A stretch of 64,000 nucleotides of DNA from Vitrella brassicaformis CCMP3155 (GCA_001179505.1 CDMY01000212.1:62001-126000); one strand, 5' to 3'; positions 37,632-51,600 are shown, counted from the stretch's first letter. Numbers and translations are program-made. Notes: generated by a model not told the origin, from the letters alone.

Positions 37632-40600
37632 ATGAAACCGCTGCTGCTGATTCAAGCTTGGCTTGACAGACCCCCGTTTTTCCGCTTCAGCCTCCATGCC
37701 GCCGCTGTTATGGAGCAACGATCCAGCTTCAGGGTACAGATCTGCTGCCAATCACCATCAGACCCACCTCAACAACCGGAACCATTACCATCCCGTCGTC
37801 AGCAGTATGCACAACGCTCTTTCAAGGCCAGCCTGCTCGCAGCCACGGTAGCCTCAGTGATTGCCCTGTGGCTGTCTGTCGTCCTCTTTGCATCACCCTG
37901 CGGATCAGTCCCGTCTGACAAGGTCATCCCGCGAGTGTCGAGGCACCGCAGGCGAGGCGCTTCTTTCCTCCCGCTGCCACAGATCGATGCCCACCCAAGG
38001 CGCCATACCCTCTCTGCACCGTCTGCCGCACCTGCTCCCGCTGCTGCTGCAGTGGCTCGTGTGCCGGTCATCGGCCCGAGGGTGGTGCTGCCGTCCCCGC
38101 CTTCTCATCGGCAGCCATCGGACAAGTGGAAGCATCAGCAGGATGGTGGTGGTGGTGGTGGTGGTGGTGATGCTCGTGAGGCAGTCGGCCGAGAGGGGAG
38201 CGAGCCTGCAGCGCGGTTTGTGAGGTCTGTGGTGGATCTGTGGGGGTCGGAGGGAGAGGCCGCGGCGCCGTTGGGTGTGACGGGTGTGTACAGCGAGGAG
38301 GACTTTGAACGAGTGTTGAGCATGTGTACGCCGACACGCTCTCCCGACGACCAGCCCCTGCAAGACGCCTGCGGTTTCTGGGAGTCGCTCGTCCGCGAGG
38401 GCCGGGCCGCGATAGCAAATGGTGATGATGTTTCTCCGGGCGCTGTGGTGTTTCTCTGCCAATGGTTCATTCACGGCAGCTATGTGGATAGTTCCTTCTT
38501 CTCTGAGGCCTTCCGCTACCTCATGGAGCGGCTCGCGATGCTCACCGACCGGCAGCTGAGCGCCCTCGCCTTCATCCTCGGCCGCACGTCGGGCCGCCTC
38601 GACACTGACATCCCTCTGCGCGCCCTCTCACTCGCCCTCCACCCCCGCATTCGCTTCCTCCCCACTGAGGCACTCGTCAGCTGCCTGTGGTGGCTCGCCA
38701 AGGCCCACTGCCGGGACACGGAGCTCTTCCGCTCGGCAGCCCAGTTGCTGGGCCGAGGTGTCCATCGGCTGTCACCGGGCGAGTTGGCGCGCCTGGCCTG
38801 GGTGTATGCTCCGGCCGCTGCGGGGGCGAGGGTGGGTGAGAGGGGGTGGATGGGCCTCCTGTTTCGGGCAATCCTCAAGAAGCTCCAGAGGCGGCAGCGG
38901 CAGATGGACAGCCGCGTGGCAGGCAGTCGCTCCTCACGCCAAGACGATGAGTCGGATGATGGGTTCTTCCGCCGTGACGAGCTCAAGATGATCGTGTGGG
39001 CGCTTCAGGAAGCATACAGCAATGGAGACCTGGAGCACACAGCCACGGCAGCAGCGGCCAGTGAGGGCGGGGGCGACGGGAAGGAGGAAGAGGCTGTGCG
39101 GCTGTTTCGAAAGCTCGACAGCCGCCTGAGGAGCGCCCTCCAGACGGAGCCCCTCATCGACGCACTCAACGGCGCCAAGCAGTGGCTGCAGCACACATCC
39201 AGCCATCTCGCCCCCTCCCTCGCCCCCCTGTTCACGGAGCCATCTCTCTCCAACGGCACTGACGGCGCTCATCATCACCACAAGCATCACGTCGACCATT
39301 ATCGCGCCTTTCGAGCGGACCCGGATACCTCTCGAGCCACCGTGGAGAAGATCGTGGCTGCGGCAGAGGCACACACCAACAAGACCGGCGCGGTTAAGAC
39401 CATGCGGGGCTTCGGCGACGCGCTGGTTGAGAACCTAATGCGTCACGCCCACGATAGCAACGGGCGGACGGTCGTCTCGGTGCTGACTCGCGCGGCGTCG
39501 CTCCCCAACACTCCCAACGTGCTGTCAGACGAGCGGCTCACTCAGCTGTTTGATGCCGTGGAGGGCCTTGTGCATCGGGAGGTGGCCCACCACACCGCAG
39601 CACAGGCGGCTGACGGCAACGGTGCAGCGACCCAGAGGGGGCGAAAGAAGCACACGGGAAGTCGGAAAAGAGGCAATCGATGGCTTCGTTTCCTCGCCTC
39701 GCATGGCGTCACCTGCCCACCTGGGCCGTCATGGTGCAGCAGAAGCAGAAGCAGCAAGAGAGCTGGTCGACCACCAGGCAATCCACACGCCAACACGGTT
39801 GCCGGTGCGCCATTGCAGCTGGGGTGCAACGAGCTCACCGCCATCGTTCACGCACTGGCCCGTTTCGGCACTCTCAACAAGCCGGGGGTGGCGCAGAGCC
39901 GTCTCGTCCAAGTCAGGGGCATCGGCAGGCAGCGCGTTATCGGCCTTCTGGAGATGGTGGCGTGGCTGCTGGTCGAGAGCGTCCCTTCCGTGTCTTTCGG
40001 TCCTTGGGAGGCGTGCATCAGCGCGTGGGCGTACGCCACACTGGGCGTGCCGCACGCGGCCCTCTTTGACGCCCTGATGGAGTATGCGCGCCACAACCTT
40101 CACCGATTTCAGCTGAAGGACCTGGCCGTGCTGGTGTGGGCCTGGGCCTGGGCGGACTGTGCGGAGCATGAGCTCATGGAGGCCATCGCCGCGAGGGTGG
40201 TGAGACTCCTGCGGCGACCTTCATCGGACTCGGTGGATGCTGATGCTGGAGGTGGCGGTGGCGGTGGCGGTGGGGGAGGGGGCGGTCCGTCATCGCAGCT
40301 GCCCAGCCTGTCGTCCCTCCCCCTGTCCATTCGGCTGCGGCTGCAGCGTGCAAATGTGCTGCCCTCGGTACCTCTGGAAGAGCTGAAGGAGCTGTCCCTT
40401 CCCTCAGACACCTCCAACACCTCCACCAACGGCACTGCTGCATCATCATCATCCCCTGGCCCATCTCGCCAATCCCACCATCGCCCGTCCCCCCTCGACC
40501 TATCGATGCTGGCCTGGGGTTTCGCCACATTGGTCAAGCAGGATTACTGGTCCGACTCGAAGCTCAAGAATGCCACCGTGGCTCTAATGGACGCCGTCAG

Positions 40601-40975
40601 CGCCGCTATGCAGACGGAGATCCGGGCGTGCATGCAGCAGCAGGCGAGAGGGAGAGGGAGCAGCTGCCGTCTAAAGGGCTCGCATCTGGCGATGCTGGCG
40701 ATAGCTTGTGCCCGGTCGGGGTATGACGATCCCGCCCTGATGAGCCGCGTGGCTGAGCTGTCGATCCGGTGGCTGGACGAGGGGCGCTTCACGCCGCGGG
40801 AGGTGGCTAATCTGGCTTACTCGTATGGCAAACTCAGCCTCAAGTGCCGCCCGGTCGCTGAGGCGATTGGCAGGCGGGCCAAGAGACAGCTGAAAGAATT
40901 CTCATCTCAGGTCAGTCAGTGTGCCTGGGTGGGTGTGACAGAGGTGCGTGGGGCTTGCTCTCAGCTCATGTGCGT

Positions 40976-41009
<34 letters not shown>

Positions 41010-41929
41010 TCTGTTAACACATTAGGAGCTGAGCAACATGTTGTTCGGCATGGTCATATCCGAGACCTACGACGCCCAGCTCTTCCGCGACATCTACGCA
41101 CAGGCGCAGAACGAGCTGCCCGATGCCATCAGCTGGCTGGCCCTCCTTCAGCTGTACCAAGTAAGTCAGCGGCGGACCGTCCAAACACCCACCCAATTTA
41201 CGCTTCCACATACCCACGTGATGTCTGTGTGTTGTTCTGTTCCCATAGGCGTGGGTGGTTCTCTCGGCTGAGTGTCCGGATGCGGTGAGCGAGGTTGATG
41301 ACGCCTTCCTGGCGCGGCTGCACGCGGCGTGGGACAGAGTCAAGAAGCGGCCCAAGGAGAGCAGCGAGCACCACCGGGCCATCAGCGCGTGCCTCATGAC
41401 CCTCTCGGAGTTCCGGTGCTGCGTCAACCACGTCACCGAGGCAGAGCATGACATTGATATTGCGCTTCTTGACAGGTACTGGGCCGGCTGGCTGTCTGTC
41501 TGTCTGTTCATGTGTGTGGATGGATGGATGTGTGCAGGCGGCTGGCGGTGGAGGTGCACGGCCCGACCCATTTCGCCTGCAACACCAGGCGGCCCCTCGG
41601 ACACACCCTTCTCAAGAACAAGATGCTCCAGCTGCAGGTGAGCCGATCGAATGAAATGAATTCAGTGAATGAGACACACACACACACACACCTCCCTCTC
41701 TCTGTGTGTGTGTTTCTGTATGGTTGGTTGTGTGCAGGGTTGGGGTGTGGTCCAGATTCCCTATTGGGAGTGGGAGCGCATCCCCCACTGGTCGACCATG
41801 GAGAAGAAGCGGTACCTTCAGCGCAAACTTGAGATCACCGCGCCGCTCAAGTACTCCAACAGGGACACCTCCTACTACAAGCCCTACATCCCACACGCAC
41901 CTGCTGGGAAGCTGTCAAGGTTCGACTGA
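37632..41929 (+). CDS. RAP-domain organellar RNA-binding protein with helical (HPR/OPR-like) repeats; probable plastid or mitochondrial targeting
   Basis: Repeats such as LSPGELARLAWVYA, ACISAWAYATLG, DLAVLVWAWA, REVANLAYSYGKL; C-terminal RAP: IDIALLDRRLAVEVHGPTHF...TLLKNKMLQLQGWGVVQIPYWEW. Hydrophobic stretch ASLLAATVASVIALWLSVVLFA near the N-terminus. Start uncertain (37614/37632/37710). Confidence 0.88.
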
Positions 41930-43293
41930 CTGACCGATCGACGGGATGGGATGTGGGTGATTTTTCACGTGACGCCGTGGGTGTGCTGTGCGTATGTGAG
42001 CTGTTCCTGAGGGGAGAGGAGAGCAGGCCGGCCGGCCGGCCGATTCGTTGAGCGGGCGAGCGAGCGACTGTACACATGGTGTTCTGTACGTATGTGTGTA
42101 GATGAGAGAGACACAGAGGAGGGCAGGCAGACGGGCCAGACAGACAGGCTGCAGATGGCCAGGGTACTTAGATTTTTCGCCAGCACCAGACTTCGCCGCT
42201 CTGACCTGCATTTGACCGAGAGAGAAAGGGGAGCGAGAGAGTGGCTTGCCAATGAAGTGACACACGGACAGGAAGGGTGTGGTGTAAATGGGACACCTGC
42301 CTAAGTCGGGGCGGCAAGGCAATTTGTTCTTGAGGGGGATAGTGGATGGATGGATGGATAGATGGATGGAATGAGCAAAAGACACCCATTTAGTGCACAC
42401 ACAGCTGTGGTGTGGTGTAGTGGTGTGGTAGCGATGTTATTGACGGTGATGGTCGTGATGGTGTGTGTCTAATAGACATCGATGCACCCACACAGACAGA
42501 CATGCAGGGAGACAATGATATGGAGAAAAAACAATGCACTGGTCGGTAAGGTAAGTGGCAGGTGGGGCGTCTTTTCGACTTCAACGTCACACACCCACAC
42601 ACCACACACGCCAGAAAGCCGAAAGAAAGCCACTTATTCGCCCCCACTGACTATCATCCATCCTTCGACTATGGCACATGTTGGTTGGCTGATTGGTTCG
42701 CTCACAAATAGCAGTACCCAATGCAATGCTCAAACACACACATATGCACACGTGGCTGCAGGACAGCCGGTACTAGCAAGGAGGGGGGCTGCTGGCCGCG
42801 CGCACACGTACGTGTGTGTGTGTGTGTGTGTGTGTGTCAATCTAATGTAGCAGCAGGTGTCGAAAAACGGTCAAACGAGTGGGCAAGGAGGGGAGGGCGG
42901 GGGAGCATCGCAGGGCAGCCAGCTCTGACAGCCGCCCTCCAAGCAACCTTGCCTCAATTGCCTCAATCAACACACAAAACACGAAAACATCACCGTGCAC
43001 GTAGCTGGCCTGGCTCGTCCGTCGTTTTGGTTGACAAAACAACACAAGTCAAGCAGGTAGGTAGGCAGAAAGGCACACAACCACACGTACTATCCCATAT
43101 CCCATCCCATCTCACCTACAAATACGATGCACACCCCACCCCACTCATCACCCCACCCCACCAAAGAAAGGACCATACGGAAAAATCATCCACTAGGTCC
43201 GATCCGATCACATGTATGGATCTCCTCCTCCTCCCTCCGTCTCTCCCTCCCAATATCTATCCAATGGCAAGCCGCACAGCCAAGCCACATATA

Positions 43294-45349
43294 TCAGCCG
43301 GCGGCCCCTCCCGTGCCGGTGCTGCTGGCGTCCGCCGCGGCCGTGGCATCGTGTTCGGTGAGCGAGCCGTTCCGCTTCCTCCTGTACTGCATATACATGA
43401 CGAACGAGAAGGCGATGGCGATGCCGACGAAGGCCACGCCCGCGACGCTGCCCGCCAGCACCCAGCGGATCCACGTGGGCTCCTCGTCCTCGGGGCTCTC
43501 CTTCTTGCCCTTCCCCTCGGCTGCACCGCATCGACAGACAGAGACGGAGACAGAGTCATACGCTACTTTGGACGTTTCCTGTGAGCGTGTGTGGGCGTGT
43601 TGCTGACCGAATTCGCTCTCCTCATCATCCAAGGGGGGGCTGGTGGTGCCGTTGAGCGGTCCCGCGTTCAAGCCAAGATCCAGCGGCGTATAAGGCAGCC
43701 CGCCAGCACCTCCCCCACCGGCACCAGGGGCGACCGTCGGCTCCCCTTCGCCCGAGCCTCTGATGTCGAAGTCAGACCCCTCTCCAAGCGACCCCTCCCC
43801 GCCCTCCTCCCTTCCACTAGGGATCACCAACCCATTCTCGCCGTTCACCACATCTCCTCGGCCATTCTCGCCACCCCCACCGCCCCCACCACCACTTGGC
43901 GGCCTTTGTGGCAGGGTCAAAGGGCGGCTGGGTGACGGGGGAGTCGGCACAGGCGGGAGGGTGGCGGGGCCTGCCTCAGGAGTGGGCTTGAGAAACCCGT
44001 TCTTCTCGTCTGTTTCTTGTGCCGGGGCGGTGGTGTCTTCTGTGGGAGGCTCGGTGGCCTCCTTGATTGCTTCTGCCGGCGCCTCGGTGAGGAGGTCAAT
44101 GATCTCCTCGGGCGTCAGGGGCTCAGAGGCGTTGGCCTCTAAGTCCTCCTCGCCACCACCAATTTGTTCTCTGTCACCGGTCTCATTGGCCTCGATGACC
44201 TAAACCAACCCAACCACACACAATACGCAGGAAGAGAGCATTCATCGACGGCCGCGGCGGGCGGGCCCTTTGTCCTTTCCATTACCACTTCGGGAAGATC
44301 TGGCAAATCGCCCGGGAAAGCTGGGTCGAAGTCGGTGAGGCCGTCGCCTCCACCAGGGCCCAGCACATTGGGGTCAATCGGCGCCACGCCGCCATCCTCC
44401 CACCCAGGCGGATACGCCATGTCCCCCCTGTCCGTCTCTTCTCTGTCTGTCTCACGACCTGGCTCATACAGGTTCTCCTCAGGCACCTCCACCGCTTGTG
44501 ACGGGTCGGCTGGTGCCTCGCAGACGAAGCATGAGAGGCGAGAGCCCGGCCCCCAGCAGGTTCTGGCGCCCCAGCCGTCGGGTCTGATGGTGGTGCATTT
44601 CTCCTGAGGTGGGAGGAGGCGCCAGATGCGCGAAAGCTCATCGCCCCAGTTGACGTAGTCATCCGTGTCCAAATTGGCCGTGCTGTCGATCCACCGCCTG
44701 CACATCGGTATGTAGCAAACACAGTGAGTGAGGTGAGGGTATGCATGATGTTAGTATGTTTGTCTGTGTGTGTGTGTGTGAATATGTTCGTGTGTGCACC
44801 GTACCATCCGGCCTTTCTGAGAGGCAGCCTGTATTTCCTGAGGCCGACCCAGCACTCCTGGTCCATCTGCTGCGCCAGGTCCAGCACAAGGGCGTTCTCA
44901 GAGGGGCTCCGCACCGATGCAAGGGCCGCTCCTGTGCCGCCCTCAGACATGCAGTGCTCATTCGCCTCTGTCCTGCAGACACACAGACAGACACACAAAA
45001 AGACAGACAGACAGACAGACAGACGTTCCACGCGTCCGTGTCACTCACATGCAGTGGAATGTTGGGTGACCGTGCGTACCATGATTTGCCCGACAAGAGA
45101 CTGTCCGTAGCGAAGAAGTATGACTTGTAGCACGAGCCGCCTCTCTCCGTCCATGTGTCATCTGGACACGCCCACGCTGCACAAACAACACGCACAGAGA
45201 AAGAGAGGGGCCCATTTTCGCCAGTCGGTCGGCACACGCAGGTCTCACTCACCTGGCGATCCGCTCAACAAAACCACAAGCAGCACATTTGCCACGAGCT
45301 GGAGCACGTGTGGCCTCCCCCTGGCGCGGGAGGTCCCGTAGAGCCTCAT
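43294..45349 (-). CDS. Type I membrane protein with N-terminal C-type lectin-like domain and acidic/Pro-Gly stalk
   Basis: Signal MRLYG...LVANVLLVVLLSGSP; CPDDTWTERGGSCY, W-EANEHC, LASVRSPSEN, CWVGLR, YVNW, KCTTIRPDGWGARTC...FVCE; TM WVLAGSVAGVAFVGIAIAFSFVMYM followed by RRKR. Confidence 0.85.
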
Positions 45350-45664
45350 CCCTCCACCTCCAGCCGTCCACACGATCAGACGAGCCCTGCTTGACCGACT
45401 TGAGACCTCTCACGTGGGGCAGTCCGTCAGGACCGACAGCAGTCGTCGCCACAAGAGGTCACGTCGGCCCACGATGGATGGAATCGGTGCTTTGTTGAGC
45501 CCGCGTTCCACGGCAGTTTCGCTTCGCAAACGGCTGTGTACGCTAAGCTCGCAACAAACCCTGCGAGCTTTTGTGTTTTGACGGTGTCTTCACGAGAAGG
45601 AGCCAAAGATCTGTCTATCCATCTCCACAAACCTCCTCCGAAGACGGTGATTGATCAGTGTGGT

Positions 45665-48600
45665 ATGGTTCGCAAGAAAGGCTGGCTGGAAGGGTGGGCC
45701 GCGTGGACGAACTCGTTCTTCAGCCAGCTGTTCTTCAACATCGGATGGCAGATAGGCAAGCGGCCTCTCGCCTTCATGGTACATAAGTCAAACAGCTAGC
45801 TGGCCCAGTGAGTGAGGCGACAGCCGTGGTTGTGCTTGTGCTTGTGCTGATGGTTGTGTGTGTGTTGTGTGGTTGCAGGCGGTATCTATCGCGTGCGTGT
45901 TGCTGTGCTCCATCGGCTTCGTGTGCTGGAAAGAGGAGAACCCACCAGGTACGGAGCGGAGCAGTTTGTTTCGTGTTGTCTTGACGCGCACGTTGCTTGG
46001 GTGGGTGTGGTTGTGCAGACAAGCTGTGGGTGCCGCAGGACAACATATCCAACGAGCATCGGTACGCCACCTCACCCTGAGATATTAATTCATGTGTCTG
46101 CTCTTCTTTGATTGTGGCGTGTTTGCGTCACTGTCTGTGGGTCACTAGTGACTTTATCGCCGACAACTTCGGCGATGACAAACAGAGGCTGAACTATGTC
46201 ATCATACGAGCGAAGGATGACAACGTCCTCTCTGTCCGGTCACTCACCGCCATCCAACAGGTGATTGGAAAATTCAGTAACAGCAGGCAGGCGGCACTGG
46301 TGGTTTGTGTCTCTTTCAGATGCACGCGAAGCTGCTATCGCTGCAAGCCCGCATGGACAAGAAGTATCGACGCGACTTTCCAAACATACCTGACCCTTTC
46401 ACATTCAGGTGGCAACCACCATAACATTCCTTCCGCCGACGCCTCACTCTCTCTCTCTCTCTCTCTCTCTGCTGTTTCTGACCCACCCATCTATCCACCC
46501 ACAGCGACGTGTGCGTGAGCCAGGGCACCAACAAGTGCCTGCTGCCGGGCCTGCCCGAGGTGTTTGACCTGGCCAGTCCGATTACCCTCACACAAGCCGA
46601 CATCTTGAGCGCCGTCGATGCCAATGAAGAGGAAATCACGCCGTGGCTTGGGAAGATCCGCCGGGACGGTGCTGGCAAGATTGTGGGTGCGGAGGCCGTC
46701 ATCATGACGTACTTCATCACCGCCGGCCCAGATTTTGAGATTCGCGAAGGAGTGAGTTCTTTCTGAGACACAGACCCGGGCAAGGGCAACTGATGGTATG
46801 CCATGAATGTGTGTCTTTGCTCGTGCAGGGTGACGACGTCCATCCTGCAGGTTTGGCGTGGGAGCAAGAGGCCCTCGACGAGGTCTTCTTCAAAGACAAC
46901 GATGATCTCGACTTCGCGCCTCTGATGGACCGCACTCTCTCTGACACCTTCGGAGATGCCATCCAAGGAGGTACGCAGATTTCCACCACTTGGCCCTTCC
47001 CCTGTTCACCTCTTCTCCTCACGTGGTGCTAACCCAACAGATATCTCGGCACTCTTCGTTGGGTATCTGCTGCTGCTCGGCTACCTCTTCATTAACCTCG
47101 GAAAGCGAGATGTGGTGCACTCGAATCGTTCTGTCAGCTTGCATCGTCTCCCCTGCCCCACCCCTGTCCGTCTCTGAGCGTTTATGTCTCACTGATTCTG
47201 TGTCTCTCTCTTCACTGAGTGATTCATTATGGACGATACAAGATAGTGTCCATGTGTGCATGGCTGTTGCGTTCCTTGCCTGTCCGATCAGACCATGCCA
47301 ATGGCACGTCCGTGCAGCGGGCCGTGCTGCATCACCGCTCTCATTGTCATCACAAGACGGGCGACGTTGTAGATCAGCGTGTGAGCATGTGGCGCATATA
47401 ATAGTGGTAGCGGATGAGCTCACCGTGCATGCGATAAAGACTGACAAATACATCAAATTCAACGGGCTGATTGTGTCAGTGCCTCTTTCCCTCACTTACA
47501 TCGTGCCGATCCGTGTGAGTATGTCCATTTTGGTGTGAATCATAAACACATCATCTCTCAGCCATCTGAACACCACCGCACGTGCCATTCATCTGACGCC
47601 AGTGTGCCTCTGATGTGTTCCGTACCTGCTCCACGTGTTGGTTCGGCCGTCCGTCGTGATTCCACTAACCAGCTCACGACTGACATCACACACATCAGGT
47701 CCGCACACACACCGCAGTGACACATGCCGCTGACTCACTCACTGTCTCTCACTCTCTCACTGTCTCTCACTCACTTGGTGTCCTCGCATGTCTTCAGGCG
47801 TTGGATGAGGACGCCAAGCCCAGAGATATGGTCGCTGAGCTCCCTCTGGTTCGGCGGTGCGGGACACGACTGTGGCGTCGGTGCAGGGGGAATGACCAGC
47901 CGCCCCACAGACAAGCCGACCGTGAACACAAGGACGAGCACCAGGGCGGCAACACACAGACGAACCATTTTGTCGGCACGGACGATTGTTTGACTGACCG
48001 AGTTAATCAAATTGAGTCAAGCAAATTGAGTCAATGTTACGTATACTTGCGTCCATATATCACATGTACATGTGTGTATGGCTGAAATCAAGTATGTACA
48101 CAAGTCGGCCGTCAATGAAAGAGAGGCGTAGATGTGGGAGCAGAAGCGATTTTCCCGCCACATCACAAAGAGAGCTGCAGTCGGCCGTCAATGAAAGAGA
48201 GGCGTAGATGTGGGAGCAGAAGCGATTTTCCCGCCACATCACAAAGCGCATTTCGCCTTCTTCTTCTCCTCCATCATCTTTTGAAACTTCTGAATGCTAA
48301 AAAAGCCCTTCTCTTCGAGCTCTTTTCTCTTGTTCGCCGCCTTCTTCTCCTTCTTCTTCTCGTCCGCCGCCTTCAGCTTCTCCTTCAGCGCATCCACCTC
48401 CGCCGAATCGATGTCTTGGGCATCGTAAAGAGCTTCGAGTGTGCTGGGCGTGTATCTGTCGTCGAGATCACATCGGTCGTCGGCTTCCTGCTCGGCGTAT
48501 GTCCAGTCGCCATCGGTGATGTATTTCTGCACCGCCGTGTGCAGGAAGGGCACCGTAGCCTCCGGGTATGACAGCCCACGTCCTCTGCCGCCATACCAGG

Positions 48601-51600
48601 GGCCCGGTTTGACGTCAACGCTCTTCTTGCACGCGACCTGAAGACAGACATCGAATCTGCTGGTGTGTGTGTGTGCGGGTGGCGTGTGTGTGTGTGTGTG
48701 TGGGTGGGTGGCGTGTGTGTGTGTGTGTGGGTGGGTGGCGTGTGTGTGTGTGTGTGTGTGCGGGTGGGGTGTGTGTGTGTGTGTGTGTGCACGCCTTCCC
48801 CCCTCCCTTGCCTGCCACTCGGGATGCGATCTGTTACACTTGGCGCACATAATCCACAATTGAGTCGTCAAGATCGCCAGGCTTGTCCGCATGAGCATCA
48901 GGGGAACAGCGACATTCGTACACACCTGCGGCTTGTTCGTGCTGCACTTGCGTGCATAGGACTTACACCACCAGTGCACGCGCCCCTCGTATATCTTCAG
49001 CTCGGGCTCGTCTTCGCATCCCACCTCCCTCGCACATCCACTGAAAGAAGACACACACCAGCCATGTACTGCGGTATGTGTTAGCGGCTTGTAAGACACA
49101 CTCTGTCGGCCCCAAGTGGTCTCGGATGCGCTTCGTGAATGAGTCAAGGTTGTTGACAAGATCGTTGTAGTGGATCATGTCCCCCGTCACTGGTCGCGCA
49201 TACAGCGCATCCCTGAACACACTCACAGACATGACCGACGAACGCACTCAACAAAGGTTGTGGCGATTACTGCCACTCACCAAGACGGCTTCCCGAGCAT
49301 CGACAGACCCGCCATGTACTTGACCTTTGCACTCGCAGGTTCGACGTATGAGTACATCACCGCCACGGGAACGGCTTTCGAGAAGTGGTGTCCACCTTCG
49401 CGTCCACCGAAAGGAGCCAACGCGATTATCATGTTAGCTCGGTGTTGTGATGGAAGTGATGGCGATCAGCATACTGGGGGGCGTTGTCGGCGTGGCGAAC
49501 AACGACGACGGCTGCACAACACACATGGGCAGCCGGCATTCTCATGGGATCTGTCCTTCTTTGTGTGTCACTTGTCGCCCACTCATCACATGAAGCGGCG
49601 CTGTGACGAGCCAGGAGGCGTCAGCTGAACCACTGGGATGGGCCAGGCCAATCATGTTCGCCTCGCCCACATTCTCACAACGGTTGTAGTCGCGGTAGCG
49701 CCTGCACTTCTTCTCCTTTGATGTGAGAGCGCGGCCGGAGTACTCTCCGTCAGCGATGGTACAGAAGGGCAGGACGTCCTTCGTATGGACCAGGCGCTGA
49801 TAATTATGGTTGCCCCGACGACTCATGGTCCGCATATACGCCTGCTTGTCGCCCATACCGTGTGCCGCCAGCTGCTTTGCGGCCCTGACGCGAGTGCACA
49901 CGAAACGCTGGTAGCAGTCTTCTTTGGCCGTCACCACCTTGCCACCAATCTTGAAGCTCATCCAGCCGCGATTCTTACAGCGGCGGGGCAGGTGCCAAAC
50001 CTCTCGACATATGTTCTTGGCCATATGAGCGAGAGCCCCACAAGAGGTCGCGACTGCATCGTTGGCCCTTGCTTGATCTAAGTCCGTCTCCTTCTTCCAG
50101 CCCCGGTTGTGCCACTCGACCGTGCAGTCGTCAGCCACCGTGATGATGTCGCATCCACCAGAGGCATCGAACTGCTGGCGAAGCACCGTGTGTCTCGCCT
50201 TGCACTCTCGTTCAGTGCCGTCGAAGCCCTTCAGCGTCCAGTCGTCCAATATCACATCACCGGCCTGCTTGTAAGAGAAGCCCGGCTGATGGAGCGCTCC
50301 CCATGGCAGCGGGGTGGACTGGGCCGCGAAGAGCTGATGTGCGGTGGATGTAGAGGCGCCCGCGCTGGCACTGGCACTGTGTGGGTGTGAGGGGTCATCG
50401 ATGTCCATGGGATCATCATCATCGTCCTCGCCGGTCAGATCTTCCACGTCGGCGTCAGAAGCGTGGTAATCTTGATAATCGTCGTGAACAGAGTCATCCG
50501 CCGGAAAGGCGCAGCAGCCGGTGCTCATACAAAGCAAGTATGGGAGCAGGAGTGACCATGTGGATGCCTTCATCGCTGCCTAACAGGAGTGTCCTCGCCG
50601 AGACTGGGGGCAGAGGCTGGGGGCGTGGGGTCAGAGCACGAAGCTAGGCCTGAGCATTGCCGTCGTTTTCACCATTGGCCTCTCTATCGCCGCATCCTAT
50701 GGGTGAGACCGAGAGAGACACTGCTGCACATAAAAGAATTAATAGACAGATCCACAAGTAAGTCGTGTTCTGGGTGCGCAGCGTATCAGCGGGTTTCGGC
50801 TTCAAGTTCGGGCCTCTGCACTCGACTCTCCCCTTCCTGCTGCTGGGCATCGGTGTGGATGACGCCTTTATCATCACATCGGCATTCCACCATACGTATG
50901 ACGCCGACGCATACCCCATGGAGTCCTCCATCCCGCTGCACGAGAGAGTCGCCCTCGCCATGAGCCATGCCGGCATGAGCATCACGCTGACGTCGATCAC
51001 GGACGCACTGGCATTTGGGATTGGCGCATCCACCACTGTACGCGAATGAAGAGAGGAGAGAAGGCCTTTGGGTGGCTTGTCGCACTCTGTCTGTGTTGTT
51101 GGCTGCAGATTCCCGCTCTTTCATCCTTCTGCGCCTATGCGTCGTTCGGCATCCTGTGGTGCTACCTGCTGCAAGTGTTCTTCTTCACTGCCTGCCTGGT
51201 GGTGGACCAGTGGCGTGCTCAGCGACAAATATACGACTTCCTGGTGAGCTGAGCCACACCCGGTGACGCATTGGGGGTGACTGGCAACGCGCTTTGCCTT
51301 GGTACTCTCTTCATGTCAGTGCTGCATCAAGGCGTCCAAACCGCATCTGCTGGGCGACATCCAGGATGGCCAAGTGGTCGACAGGTAAGGAACAGACAAG
51401 GGGTACCCACAGTGACGGTGCCGACCGCTCTGGCGTGTGGCTTGTTTGCAGGTACTGTTACTTCTGCACGTGCAAGCCTGACCTTTTGGCGAGATTCCTG
51501 GGGGGCCCATATGCCAATATTCTGACCAAGACACCCGTCAAGGTGCCCAGCAAGACACAGCGCAACTCAGGTGTGCAATCATGTGACGCATCATTCGCTG

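Noticed and set aside
47133-50634. Intronic block as a classical transposon (TIRs/TSD, transposase or RT)
   Set aside because: No transposase, RT or integrase motifs. Ends show only weak C-rich/G-rich complementarity and no frame-consistent TSD.
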